This document shows, piece after piece, positions 1 to 8,649 of a stretch of DNA of 32,000 nt (position 1 is its first letter; every line of letters starts with the position of its first letter). Where the stretch lies: positions 930,001 through 962,000 of the forward strand of contig NC_010482.1 in NCBI RefSeq assembly GCF_000019605.1, read 5' to 3'. The DNA is from Candidatus Korarchaeum cryptofilum OPF8. GTDB lineage: Archaea > Korarchaeota > Korarchaeia > Korarchaeales > Korarchaeaceae. Under the pieces are notes generated by a model that ran no database searches, was not told the origin of the DNA, and worked only from the letters and a program-made list of their open reading frames with translations. The position numbers were made by a program, and so were the translations under genes.

Positions 1-59
1 CTCGATTTAGCTATCTCGTAAAACAATGATTTGATCTCCCTATCTAGCAGGGCTGACAT
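1..59 (-). CDS. 5' end of an unidentified gene that runs off the left edge (partial)
   Basis: ATG at 59 on the minus strand opens MSALLDREIKSLFYEIAKS..., which is still open at base 1. It is the first start codon after an in-frame stop. TTATATAT (87-94, read on minus) lies about 30 nt upstream, the spacing expected for a leaderless archaeal mRNA. Only 19 codons are visible, so no family can be assigned. Confidence 0.3.
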   Translation of the reverse strand, partial: MSALLDREIKSLFYEIAKS

Positions 60-276
60 CTTCCATCGGGCTAAGCTGATAGATCCATATATAACTCTTC
101 CTCCCGTGAATATCTGTAGATTATTTTATAGTTAATTTTACTCTGACTCGCCAGCTCTCGCTATCCCTAGAGGGGCATATTGAGTTGAGTAACCGAGGCA
201 GTATAGCTTTTATAGTCTGAGGAGATGGAGAGGAGGTGATAGCCTGAGATCCTGGAGGCTCATCCTCCCCGCAGCG

Positions 277-801
277 TTGATGATAAGCTTAATGCTCCTA
301 GGGGCGCTCATTTACTTAATCCCGCAACCCGGGGCCAGTGAGGAATGGCCCCTTCCACCTGAGAACCTTCCCTTCACGGATCTCACCTCCAGACTGAACT
401 CCACATCCTTCTCAAATCACGGATTCTTCCTGCTCAACTACCAGCCGATCTTCAGCTTGGGATCGGGATTCGATTTGCCCGCTGGGAGCAACGCATATCT
501 TTACTCCGCAGGTTACGGGAATGACACCTACCTCCTCCTAGTCGTAGCTAAGCTACCGAGTACTCAGAGCTCTTTGCAGTTCGGGGCCAGAGCTGTAAAT
601 CAGTTGAGAGATGAGCTCCCGCCAGAGAAGACCAAGTACTTATTCACAGATGAGATGGGCTTCCTCTCCTATACCGAGGGGAATCAGAGCTTATCCCTAT
701 GGTACGGGAGATCCTGGTTCTTCGAGGTCCTAGCATCCGGCCCCAAGTCGGAGGATTCGATAGACTCCGTGAAGAAGCTGATAAATAGTTTTAGGGGATG
801 A
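277..801 (+). CDS. hypothetical exported or membrane-anchored protein
   Basis: 174-codon ORF (TTG 277 or ATG 280). It has a hydrophobic N-terminus (MISLMLLGALIYLIP) followed by a polar domain with several N-x-S/T sequons (NST, NDT, NQS). A TATA-like GCTTTTATAG lies at 206-215. No family recognised. Confidence 0.5.
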   Translation: MMISLMLLGALIYLIPQPGASEEWPLPPENLPFTDLTSRLNSTSFSNHGFFLLNYQPIFSLGSGFDLPAGSNAYLYSAGYGNDTYLLLVVAKLPSTQSSLQFGARAVNQLRDELPPEKTKYLFTDEMGFLSYTEGNQSLSLWYGRSWFFEVLASGPKSEDSIDSVKKLINSFRG

Positions 802-832
802 CTCATTAAAGTTTATCAGGTCGCTAGAGGAA

Positions 833-1912
833 GTGTGCAAGATGGCTGAGGGTTGCCCGGATGGAGCGCCCCATCGGGTCAGGGCGAAGCTTCAAGTCCA
901 GCTGGAGGGAGGAGCTGTAAGGTGCCTCGCCTGCCCCAGGAAATGCTTTATCCCTGAGGGAAGGTATGGGTTATGCAGATCCAAGGTAAACGTTAGGGGC
1001 ATGCTCTGCGAGGTCAATTATGGGATGATGAGTAGCGTAGCCCTCGATCCTATAGAGAAGAAGCCCCTCTTCCACTTCATGCCCGGGAGCAGGACTTACA
1101 GCATAGGCACAGTTGGTTGCAATATGTTCTGCGATCACTGCCAGAACTGGATAATAAGCCAGTCAGATCCAGAGAAATTCCAGGATCTCATTTACTTACC
1201 TCCAGAGGAGGCTGTGAGGGAGGCTATGAGCTATGGAGCTAAGAGCATAGCTTTCACATACAACGAGCCCACTATAGTGAGCATGGAGTGGGTAGTTGAG
1301 ACAGCTGAACTCGCTAAGAGAGCGGGGCTCGCTACTATAAGCGTGACCAATGGATATTGGAGCGAGGAAGCCAGGGAGAGGCTGATACCTGTTATAGATG
1401 CAGCTAATGTCGATGTTAAGGCCTTCACAGACCAGTTCTACAGGAAAGTAGCTAAAGTTCCCTTCTTGAAGCCTATTTTGGATACTGTGATCGAGTTGAA
1501 GAGGGCCGGGAGGCACGTGGAGCTCACCTACCTTATAATACCGGGATACAACGATGGGGAGGATGAGATAAGATCATTCTCCAGATGGGTCTCAGAGGAG
1601 GTAAGCGCTGACACTCCGGTGCATTTCTCCAGGTTCTTCCCACACTATAAGATGAAGAGCATACCTCCCACACCCATCCAGACGATGGAGAGGGCCCTCT
1701 CTATAGCGAGGGAAGAGGGCTTGAAGTACGTTTACTCTGGGAACGTTCCAGGGGACCCCAGCGAGAATACTTACTGCCCTAAGTGTGGGACCCTCTTGAT
1801 AAAGAGGTACGGGTTCTACGTTGAGAGGTGCAATTTAACGGATGGCAGATGCCCAAAATGCGGTGAGGAGATACCTATAGTCGGTAGATGTTCTAAGAGC
1901 GGATTCTTCTGA
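833..1912 (+). CDS. amrS: radical SAM enzyme, AmmeMemoRadiSam-system type (PflA-activase-like)
   Basis: It has the CxxxCxxC cluster motif GCNMFCDHCQNW. It also has an N-terminal Cys pair (CLACPRKC) and the ALDPIEKKPLFHFMPGS block typical of this family, plus a C-terminal CPKCG...CPKCG zinc ribbon. ATG 842, behind GAGGAAGTG, is a likelier start than GTG 833. Confidence 0.8.
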   Translation: MCKMAEGCPDGAPHRVRAKLQVQLEGGAVRCLACPRKCFIPEGRYGLCRSKVNVRGMLCEVNYGMMSSVALDPIEKKPLFHFMPGSRTYSIGTVGCNMFCDHCQNWIISQSDPEKFQDLIYLPPEEAVREAMSYGAKSIAFTYNEPTIVSMEWVVETAELAKRAGLATISVTNGYWSEEARERLIPVIDAANVDVKAFTDQFYRKVAKVPFLKPILDTVIELKRAGRHVELTYLIIPGYNDGEDEIRSFSRWVSEEVSADTPVHFSRFFPHYKMKSIPPTPIQTMERALSIAREEGLKYVYSGNVPGDPSENTYCPKCGTLLIKRYGFYVERCNLTDGRCPKCGEEIPIVGRCSKSGFF

Positions 1913-1921
1913 GGTTTTATT

Positions 1922-2995
1922 ATGAGGGTACTTCAGATCTGCCACAGATTCCCGCCCCATCCGGGTGGCATCGAGTACCATGTGAAGAGGCTCTCCAGAT
2001 TCCTCTCATCCAGGGGTCATGAGGTGACCGTGCTCACGACGCATAGGGGGCCCACTGAGATCGAGGAGGATGATTATAAGGTAGTGAGGCTCAGATCTTT
2101 CTTAGAGCCTTTGAGGAATCCTTTACCACTTGAGCTCCCATTTTACTTCAGGAAGATAGCTGAAAGCTTCGATCTGATCCACATGCACTCCGTCTACACT
2201 TTCACGACCCTCCTCAGCTATCCATTCGCTAGGAGGGAGAGGGTAGTGATAACTCTCCATGGGAGGGCTTCCTACAGGGGACTCGCATCCCTATTGGCTG
2301 AGCTGCACGAGAGAATATCCTTCAGGATTCTCAGGGGAGCTGCTGTATTCATAGCGTTGAATGAAGTCGATAAGGAGCTGATGGTGAGTAGAGGTATAGA
2401 TGAGAGCAAGATAAGGGTGATCCCAAACTTCATAGATCTGGAGGAGATAGATAACTTAGCTAGATCCTCGAATCCAGTTGAGAGGGAAGGAGATGTACAG
2501 TTGCTCTTCGTTGGTGGATTGACTGAAGCGAAGAACTTGGATTCCCTGCTCTCGGACCTGAGGGGAGTTGATGGGGCTTCTCTATGGATAGTGGGCGATG
2601 GACCGATGAGGGGGAAGCTGATGAAACTAGCCGAGGGGATGAGAGTGAGGTTCCTCGGGAGGATGGATATGGGGGGCTGGATCCCCTATGCCCTGAGCTC
2701 CGATGCCATAATACTGCCATCTAGGAGTGAGGGATTCCCTACGATAGTCCTCGAAGCAATGGCCCTCGGGAAACCCGTCATACTCTCCGATATAGAGGTT
2801 CATAAGAGGTTATTCAGCGGGATAGCCATTTTCTACAGGCCCGGAGATAGGGAATCCTTGAGGAAAGCTTTGAAGAATCTCGAGAATTTTGATATCCCTC
2901 CTGAAAATCTCAGGTCTATTGTTGAAAAAAATTATGATATAAGGGTAGTTGGTGAGAGAATACTATCAGTTTATTCCGATTTAATCGGGGATTGA
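1922..2995 (+). CDS. GT-B fold glycosyltransferase, family 4
   Basis: 357 aa. The N-terminus (MRVLQICHRFPPHPGGIEYHV) and the C-terminal E-x7-E block (SEGFPTIVLEAMALGKPVILSD) are typical of GT4 enzymes. GAGGT lies 8 nt upstream of the ATG, which is 9 bp after the previous stop. Confidence 0.85.
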   Translation: MRVLQICHRFPPHPGGIEYHVKRLSRFLSSRGHEVTVLTTHRGPTEIEEDDYKVVRLRSFLEPLRNPLPLELPFYFRKIAESFDLIHMHSVYTFTTLLSYPFARRERVVITLHGRASYRGLASLLAELHERISFRILRGAAVFIALNEVDKELMVSRGIDESKIRVIPNFIDLEEIDNLARSSNPVEREGDVQLLFVGGLTEAKNLDSLLSDLRGVDGASLWIVGDGPMRGKLMKLAEGMRVRFLGRMDMGGWIPYALSSDAIILPSRSEGFPTIVLEAMALGKPVILSDIEVHKRLFSGIAIFYRPGDRESLRKALKNLENFDIPPENLRSIVEKNYDIRVVGERILSVYSDLIGD

Positions 2996-3804
2996 CCCGA
3001 GCGCCTCCTCCTGTACGCTAGGTATATTGATGCGATAAGCAGGAGAGGTAAAGCTGAGAAGGAAGCTCCCACTACTATTATGTAGATAGAACCTATCAGG
3101 GCCTTCCTGGAATCCTCCCAGATCTTAGCTAGGAGATCCTCCTCAGGAGGTATGTAACCTTCCTTCTTCAGCTCCACATTCACAGTAGCATAATTTATCA
3201 TCGTCTCCAAGTTCCTCCTCATGGCTTCCAACCATTCTATCTGCTGCCTCACTTGAGATAGCTTATCCTCTATCTCTATTATATCTTTGACGCTCTCAGC
3301 TTTATTCAGGAGATCCATCAGCCTACTTTCAGTAGCTTTTAGGCTCTTCAATCTCGTCTCCACATCTAACACTTGCTCCGTAACATCTTCCACATTCCTC
3401 TGCTCCACCTCAACTTTGCCAAGAGATCTTATATCTCTCAGAGCATCTTCCAACTTCTCCACCGGTATCCTCAGGGTTATGTAACCTCCTCCCTCGTATA
3501 TTGAGGAGCTCTGGACATATCCATTATACTTCAGAGCGATCTGAGATAGCTTCAATTGAGCTGAATTTACATCACTCACCTGGAGCTTCAGATAAGCACT
3601 TACTGTTACGTTTCTTCCTGAAGGTATTGAGATGGCTTCCTTGCCAGAGGGAGCTTGTTCCCTCTTTAAACTCGCTGCCGCAGTTACCTCTGGCATATAC
3701 TGAGGCGCCTGCTGAGGCTGACTCTCGAAGAGGTAGGGGTATATGAGGTAGCCGGCCAGCAGGAGGACCGCCAAAAAGGCCGCTAGTGATATCTCTCTCT
3801 TCAT
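2971..3804 (-). CDS. DUF4349-like membrane-anchored coiled-coil protein
   Basis: It has an N-terminal TM helix (ISLAAFLAVLLLAGYLIY). The central block LQVSDVN...GYITLRIPVEKLEDALRDIRSLGKVEVEQRNVEDVTEQVLDVETRLKSLK matches my memory of DUF4349. A C-terminal TM helix follows. I trimmed the start to ATG 3804 (MKREISL) because the longer ORF (to 3867) would overlap the upstream gene. Confidence 0.7.
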   Translation of the reverse strand: MKREISLAAFLAVLLLAGYLIYPYLFESQPQQAPQYMPEVTAAASLKREQAPSGKEAISIPSGRNVTVSAYLKLQVSDVNSAQLKLSQIALKYNGYVQSSSIYEGGGYITLRIPVEKLEDALRDIRSLGKVEVEQRNVEDVTEQVLDVETRLKSLKATESRLMDLLNKAESVKDIIEIEDKLSQVRQQIEWLEAMRRNLETMINYATVNVELKKEGYIPPEEDLLAKIWEDSRKALIGSIYIIVVGASFSALPLLLIASIYLAYRRRRSGQSPIKSE

Positions 3805-3826
3805 AACTCTGCATAGCACTACTCGC

Positions 3827-4729
3827 TTAAAATGGGAGCTTATAAGCTGCGACCCCGCTCGAAGCATTCAGTATGGGAGGATGGAAGAGAACACTATCGG
3901 CAGCCACAGTGACTACAGTCCCTCCGTACTTTTTCTTGGCATATAAGCTAGCTAGATAGTGAGCACCCGTCGACATACCTCCCATAATCCCTTTCTTCAG
4001 GAGCTCAGAGGCCCACTCAATCGCTTCAGCTCTGCTGACCTCATAGACTTCATCCACTAAGCTGAGGTCGAGATTATCGGGGATATGATAACTATCGTAA
4101 CCTTCTACCTCCCCCTCGAACTTACTAGAGAGGCCGAATTTCCTAGCTAGTTCTGAGCCTTTAGAGGTAACTGCTATTATTTTGGTCCCGAATTCCTTCT
4201 TAAGAAGTTTCCCAACACCTGTTATCGTACCTCCAGTCCCTACTCCCATCACGAAAACATCCACTCTCCTTAAACTCTCCAATATCTCCTCTCCCATCCT
4301 CTCCTGTCCCCTAGGGTTAGCTGGATTCGAGTCCTGCATCAAGAATGTGGCTCCCTTCTCCTCAGCTATCCTCTCAGCTACGGATTTTATGCTCCTGGGA
4401 TCCTCAGGGGGGACGTTGGGGCATGTGTAAACTTTAGCGCCTAAGCTCCTCATCAGGGCGACCTTGACGGGGCTCGATTCCTCCTTAACTGTTATATAGA
4501 CATCGAAACCCATCGCTCTGCCGTGTAGGGAGAGTGAAACTCCAGTGCACCCGCTCGTGGCTTCGACTATAGCTCCACCCCTGCCCTTCCTATCTATTAG
4601 ATCTAGGAGCATCGAAACTGCCATCCTATCTTTATGGCTGCCTCCGGGATTCAGGTACTCTAGCTTGAATGAGATACCGTCTACATCGACTATAGGAGTG
4701 TTCCCAACGCATTCCCAGATCTCGGGCAT
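3827..4729 (-). CDS. fold-type II PLP enzyme, cysteine synthase / cystathionine beta-synthase family
   Basis: 300 aa. It has the PLP-lysine block NPGGSHKDRMA and the glycine loop GVGTGGTITGVG. A TATA-like TAATTTTTAAG (minus, about 4756-4768) lies roughly 33 nt upstream of ATG 4729. Confidence 0.8.
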   Translation of the reverse strand: MPEIWECVGNTPIVDVDGISFKLEYLNPGGSHKDRMAVSMLLDLIDRKGRGGAIVEATSGCTGVSLSLHGRAMGFDVYITVKEESSPVKVALMRSLGAKVYTCPNVPPEDPRSIKSVAERIAEEKGATFLMQDSNPANPRGQERMGEEILESLRRVDVFVMGVGTGGTITGVGKLLKKEFGTKIIAVTSKGSELARKFGLSSKFEGEVEGYDSYHIPDNLDLSLVDEVYEVSRAEAIEWASELLKKGIMGGMSTGAHYLASLYAKKKYGGTVVTVAADSVLFHPPILNASSGVAAYKLPF

Positions 4730-5002
4730 ATGAAAAATTTGAGCGTAGACTCTTAAAAATTACCCTTTGAGACCCATGGGAGATTCGCAGGAGCGAGCGT
4801 TAGAGTTATCTTCAAGCATAAAACATATATTAATCCCTATAATATTAATATTCAGATTAATTAACTAAAAGCTCCTATTTGTTATATATTCACACATTTA
4901 CGATTACAGTTGATGGAAATTTTTTCAATAAAAAATTAAAGAGACATTCCCGTTAAAGGATTAAAAAAATAGGCCTTAATTATGTGAATTTAACCGACCT
5001 CT

Positions 5003-5016
5003 AAGTTTTTATATTA
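5003..5016 (+). promoter_or_regulatory. BRE/TATA-like box for the peptide ABC transporter operon
   Basis: AAGTTTTTATATTA lies about 45 nt upstream of ATG 5057 and is followed by GGAGGTG (5044-5050). It matches the box recurring upstream of other genes in this window. Confidence 0.45.
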
Positions 5017-5047
5017 GTTTATCTTAGAGCTTAGGCCTCCTGAGGAG

Positions 5048-6718
5048 GTGCCCGTAATGAATGCCCGTGATCTAGCCTTAGTTATACTCCTCTTCATAGT
5101 GGGTGCTGTCATCGGTTATTTCGCCGCGGGCCCCGGCAAGGTGACTACTGTCACGACTACTGTGACCACGACAGTGGTTCAGACAGTTACACCGACTGTA
5201 ACACCGACCACTACGACTGCTGCCATGAAGACTCCCGCTGATACTCTGATAATCGCCATGGATACATCCGATGCTGTTTCACTCGATCCCGCGAGAGCTT
5301 ATGAATTCACGTCTTGCTTCGTCACGAACCAGCTATACGATAAACTCGTTGACTTCGAGCTCCCCGATCTGATAAATGCGAAGCCAGAAGTCGCTGAGAG
5401 ATGGGAGGTAAGTCCCGATGGGATGACTTGGACGTTTTACATAAGGAAGGGCATCAAGTTCGCCAGCGGAAACCCGCTAACAGCTGATGACGTCGTTTAT
5501 TCCCTTCAGAGGGTAGTTAAGTTGAAGCAAACGGCTTACTCAGTGCTTGAGCCATTCCTGAAGACCCCGGATCAGATAGAGAAGATCGATGATTATACTG
5601 TCAGGATAAAGCTCAATAAGACTGTTGCTCCCAGCTTCTTCCTCAGTGTCTTGACCTTCACGACATCGAGCATCGTGGATAAGAAAGTTGTAGAGGCCCA
5701 CGAGAAGAATGGAGATATGGGAAGCGCTTGGTTGGACGATCACAGCGCTGGAAGCGGTCCCTTCGTGCTGGAGAAATGGGATAGGGAGTCCCAGTTCATC
5801 CTTAGGGCCAACCCATACTATTGGAAGCCTGGACAGCCCCACGTCAAGACTATCATAATAAAGCATGTCGCTGAGCCTACGGATCAGCTCCTACTCATAC
5901 AGAAAGGGGATGTAGATGTTGCAACTGACTTAACCCCAGATCAGATAAAGCAGATCGAGGGGCAGCCCGGGATTCAGATCGTTAGGGCTGAGAGGTTGCA
6001 TAACGTCTACATAGGGATGAACGTAGCCGTGAAACCCTTGGATAAGGAGGAGGTGAGGGATGCTATAAGGTACTGCATAGATTACGATGGTATAGTGAAT
6101 GGGATATTGAAGGGAGCCGCTATAAAGTGGCAGACAGTGATTCCGAAGGGGTTGCTAGGTGCCAACCCGAAGACTCCCTACTATAAGGATGTTAATAAAG
6201 CGAAGGAGCTACTAGCTAAAGCCGGTTATCCGAACGGCTTCACGATAGAGTTGACGACACCGCCGACTTATCCGCAGATAGATATAGCGACTAAGATACA
6301 GGCCGATCTGGCTGAGTGCGGTATCACGGTGAAAATAGTTCAGATGACGCAATCTATGATGTATGAGAAGTACAGGAAGCAGGGACTTCAGATGGTCTTA
6401 GCAGGATGGGGCTCAGATTATCCTGACCCGGACAGCAATGCTATGGCCTTCGCCAACTATAGGATAAAGCAGTTAGCTTGGAGGAACAGCTGGTATGATG
6501 ACTACGCGGCAGACTTGGCTGAGAAGGCTAGCGTGGAGATGGATACTAAGAAGAGGGAACAGATGTACCTCAATCTAACGGATTATATACTGGATCATGG
6601 TCCTTACGTCATGCTCTATCAGACAGTCGCTCAGCAGGCTGTTAGGGATTATGTGAAGAACTGGCTGCCCGATCCCACGTTCTACTACTTGGATCTCTCC
6701 AAGGTCAGTAAGGGATAA
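5048..6718 (+). CDS. ABC transporter solute-binding protein, family 5 (Dpp/Opp/Nik type), membrane-anchored
   Basis: The 556-codon ORF has the length and sequence character of family-5 peptide-binding proteins. An N-terminal TM anchor (LALVILLFIVGAVIGYFAAG) is followed by the Thr/Val-rich linker VTTVTTTVTTTVVQTVTPTVTPTTTTA. Because GGAGGTG sits at 5044-5050, ATG 5057 is a likelier start than GTG 5048. Confidence 0.85.
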   Translation: MPVMNARDLALVILLFIVGAVIGYFAAGPGKVTTVTTTVTTTVVQTVTPTVTPTTTTAAMKTPADTLIIAMDTSDAVSLDPARAYEFTSCFVTNQLYDKLVDFELPDLINAKPEVAERWEVSPDGMTWTFYIRKGIKFASGNPLTADDVVYSLQRVVKLKQTAYSVLEPFLKTPDQIEKIDDYTVRIKLNKTVAPSFFLSVLTFTTSSIVDKKVVEAHEKNGDMGSAWLDDHSAGSGPFVLEKWDRESQFILRANPYYWKPGQPHVKTIIIKHVAEPTDQLLLIQKGDVDVATDLTPDQIKQIEGQPGIQIVRAERLHNVYIGMNVAVKPLDKEEVRDAIRYCIDYDGIVNGILKGAAIKWQTVIPKGLLGANPKTPYYKDVNKAKELLAKAGYPNGFTIELTTPPTYPQIDIATKIQADLAECGITVKIVQMTQSMMYEKYRKQGLQMVLAGWGSDYPDPDSNAMAFANYRIKQLAWRNSWYDDYAADLAEKASVEMDTKKREQMYLNLTDYILDHGPYVMLYQTVAQQAVRDYVKNWLPDPTFYYLDLSKVSKG

Positions 6719-6740
6719 AAACCCCTACCCACTTTTTTGC
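6719..6740 (+). terminator. possible intra-operon oligo-T attenuator after the binding-protein gene
   Basis: A T6 run (6733-6738) lies 15 nt after the stop and just before the GGAGG of the next gene. Archaeal termination signals are oligo-T tracts. Partial termination here would give excess binding protein. Confidence 0.3.
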
Positions 6741-6755
6741 ATAAGGAGGATCTCT

Positions 6756-7769
6756 ATGGATCTCAGGACTTATATTATAAGGAGATTAGCCTTAATGATT
6801 TTTGTCCTATTTGGAATTATAGTGATAACATTTGTAGTATCTCATGTGATCCCGGCGGATCCGATCGGAGCTATACTGGGCCCTCAGGCTTCCCCGGAGC
6901 TCGTGGAGAAGATAAGGAGGGAGTGGGGATTCGATAAACCCTTACATGAGCAGTTCTTCGACTATATATACAAAGTGGTCAGGGGGGATCTGGGGAGATC
7001 GATAAAGACGAACAAGCCGGTGATGGAAGACCTCCTCTACTTCTTCCCAGCTACGATAGAGCTCGCCACCGCAGCTATAATAGTGGCTATAGCTATAGGG
7101 ATTCCCTTGGGAATAATATCAGCTGTTAAGAAGGACAAGTGGCCCGATCATATTTCTAGGATATTCGCGCTCATGGGCGTGAGCATGCCCGTCTTCTGGC
7201 TGGGTCTGATACTCCTGTTCGTCCTCTATTATAAGTTAGGCATATTCCCGGGGCCCGGGAGGCTCGATCCAGGGATACCCGAGCCCCCCAGGATAACGGG
7301 CCTCTTGACAATAGATAGCTTGATAACTGGGAATTTCGAGGCATTCATTAATGCTCTATGGCACCTAGCATTACCATCATTCGTTTTGGGATACTACGCT
7401 TCAGCTTCGATAGCGAGGATAACGAGGACCGCCCTCCTGGAAGTGCTGACGCAGGATTTCATAAAGGCCGCTAGGAGTAAAGGGCTAGCTGAGAGGATAG
7501 TCCTATTCAGGCACGCATTGAGGAATGCCCTCATCCCAACGACCACAGTGATAGGTATGGCCTATGGTAGCCTATTGGAAGGTGCTATTTTGACGGAAAC
7601 TATATTTGCATGGCCTGGATTGGGAAGATATTCCACAGGAGCCTTCCTATCTGTGGATTTCATGGCAGTTATGGGATCGACTCTATTAATAGCAATAGTT
7701 TACTCGCTAGCCAATCTGATAGTTGATATCCTCTACGCCTTCCTAGATCCTAGGATAAGATATGCGTGA
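6756..7769 (+). CDS. ABC peptide transporter permease (DppB/OppB-like)
   Basis: 337 aa and multi-pass. It has the N-terminus typical of DppB (IIRRLALMIFVLFGIIVITF) and the EAA-type loop KAARSKGLAERIVLFRHALRNAL. GGAGG lies 7 nt upstream of the ATG. Confidence 0.9.
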   Translation: MDLRTYIIRRLALMIFVLFGIIVITFVVSHVIPADPIGAILGPQASPELVEKIRREWGFDKPLHEQFFDYIYKVVRGDLGRSIKTNKPVMEDLLYFFPATIELATAAIIVAIAIGIPLGIISAVKKDKWPDHISRIFALMGVSMPVFWLGLILLFVLYYKLGIFPGPGRLDPGIPEPPRITGLLTIDSLITGNFEAFINALWHLALPSFVLGYYASASIARITRTALLEVLTQDFIKAARSKGLAERIVLFRHALRNALIPTTTVIGMAYGSLLEGAILTETIFAWPGLGRYSTGAFLSVDFMAVMGSTLLIAIVYSLANLIVDILYAFLDPRIRYA

Positions 7770-8646
7770 GGTGATCGATTTGTTCAAGATAAATGAGTAC
7801 TTCAGATCCGAGGACTTCAAGTTCACGATGATTTTGATAAGGAGGAGCCCTCTCACTATTCTAGGGATCTCTATAACACTCCTGCTGATAATGATAGCAC
7901 TACTGGCGCCTATAATAGCTACTGAAGACCCTACGAAAACTGATATGAGCAAGAGGTTGCTACCGCCGAGCATGGAGCACCCCTTCGGCACTGATCAGCT
8001 GGGGAGGGATATCTTCAGCAGGGTCATCTGGGGGTCTAGGATCTCCCTGTTCATAGCTGTAGCAGTCGTTGCAATTTCTCTGACTATAGGGACCTTAATA
8101 GGATTAGTATCAGGATATTTTGGGGGAAAAATTGATGAAATATTGATGAGAATAACTGACATGTTCATGGCCTTCCCTAGGCTGATATTGGCGCTCGCTG
8201 TAGCAGCCGCCTTGGGCCCCGGACTGTTCAACACGATGATGGCCATAGCTTTCGTCGATTGGGTGTTCTACGCTAGACTCGCTAGGGCTATGGCCCTTCA
8301 GATAAGGGAGGAGACGTATATAGAGGCTGCGAGGGCGGTAGGGGCTAGCGACATAAGGATAATCGTAGGGCATGTGCTACCCATGGCCATACCCACTCTG
8401 GTAGTGAGGGCGACTCTGGATATGGGTGGGACCATACTGACGGCAGCTGCCCTGGGCTTCCTGGGCCTCGGAGTTCAACCGCCGACTCCCGAGTGGGGCG
8501 TCATGGTGAGCGAGGGGAGGAGATTCATAACTGAGCAGTGGTGGGTCTCCACGTTCCCTGGCTTCGCGATACTGCTGGCTACGATGGGGTTCAACTTACT
8601 TGGGGACGGGATAAACGATATACTGAATGTGAGGGCGAGGAGATAG
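7762..8646 (+). CDS. ABC peptide transporter permease (DppC/OppC-like)
   Basis: 294 aa. It has the HPFGTDQLGRDIFSRV block and the EAA loop EAARAVGASDIRIIVGHVLP. The start overlaps the previous gene by 8 nt. Confidence 0.9.
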   Translation: MREVIDLFKINEYFRSEDFKFTMILIRRSPLTILGISITLLLIMIALLAPIIATEDPTKTDMSKRLLPPSMEHPFGTDQLGRDIFSRVIWGSRISLFIAVAVVAISLTIGTLIGLVSGYFGGKIDEILMRITDMFMAFPRLILALAVAAALGPGLFNTMMAIAFVDWVFYARLARAMALQIREETYIEAARAVGASDIRIIVGHVLPMAIPTLVVRATLDMGGTILTAAALGFLGLGVQPPTPEWGVMVSEGRRFITEQWWVSTFPGFAILLATMGFNLLGDGINDILNVRARR

Positions 8647-8649
8647 CCT

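Noticed and set aside
1196-1516. Shadow ORFs at 1196-1516 and 1231-1428. The same judgement applies to 2460-2720, 3287-3484, 3501-3746, 3572-3814, 4182-4430, 4545-4733, 5540-5866, 6737-6937, 7743-7991, 7995-8246, 8110-8373, 8475-8690, 9563-9847, 11362-11595, 13323-13550, 14463-14759, 16212-16403, 16276-16527, 17918-18142, 17929-18249, 18296-18499, 19162-19413, 20308-20622, 21355-21627, 22400-22594, 22500-22739, 23757-24128, 23994-24179, 24122-24409, 24790-24972, 25842-26186, 26579-27001, 29116-29397 and 29530-29844.
   Set aside because: Each lies antisense or out of frame inside a longer ORF that has strong family motifs. None shows a motif, a ribosome-binding site or a promoter of its own.
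3805-3867. A longer 5' extension of the DUF4349-like gene
   Set aside because: It would overlap the upstream cysteine-synthase-like gene by 41 nt and add a non-hydrophobic peptide before the obvious anchor helix. ATG 3804 is preferred.
5140-5225. Reiterated ACN/GTN codon tract, considered as a DNA repeat element
   Set aside because: It is the imperfect codon-level repetition encoding the Thr/Val-rich linker of the membrane-anchored binding protein. It is in frame and not a discrete repeat family. A similar Thr-rich tract lies in the surface protein at about 14560-14760.
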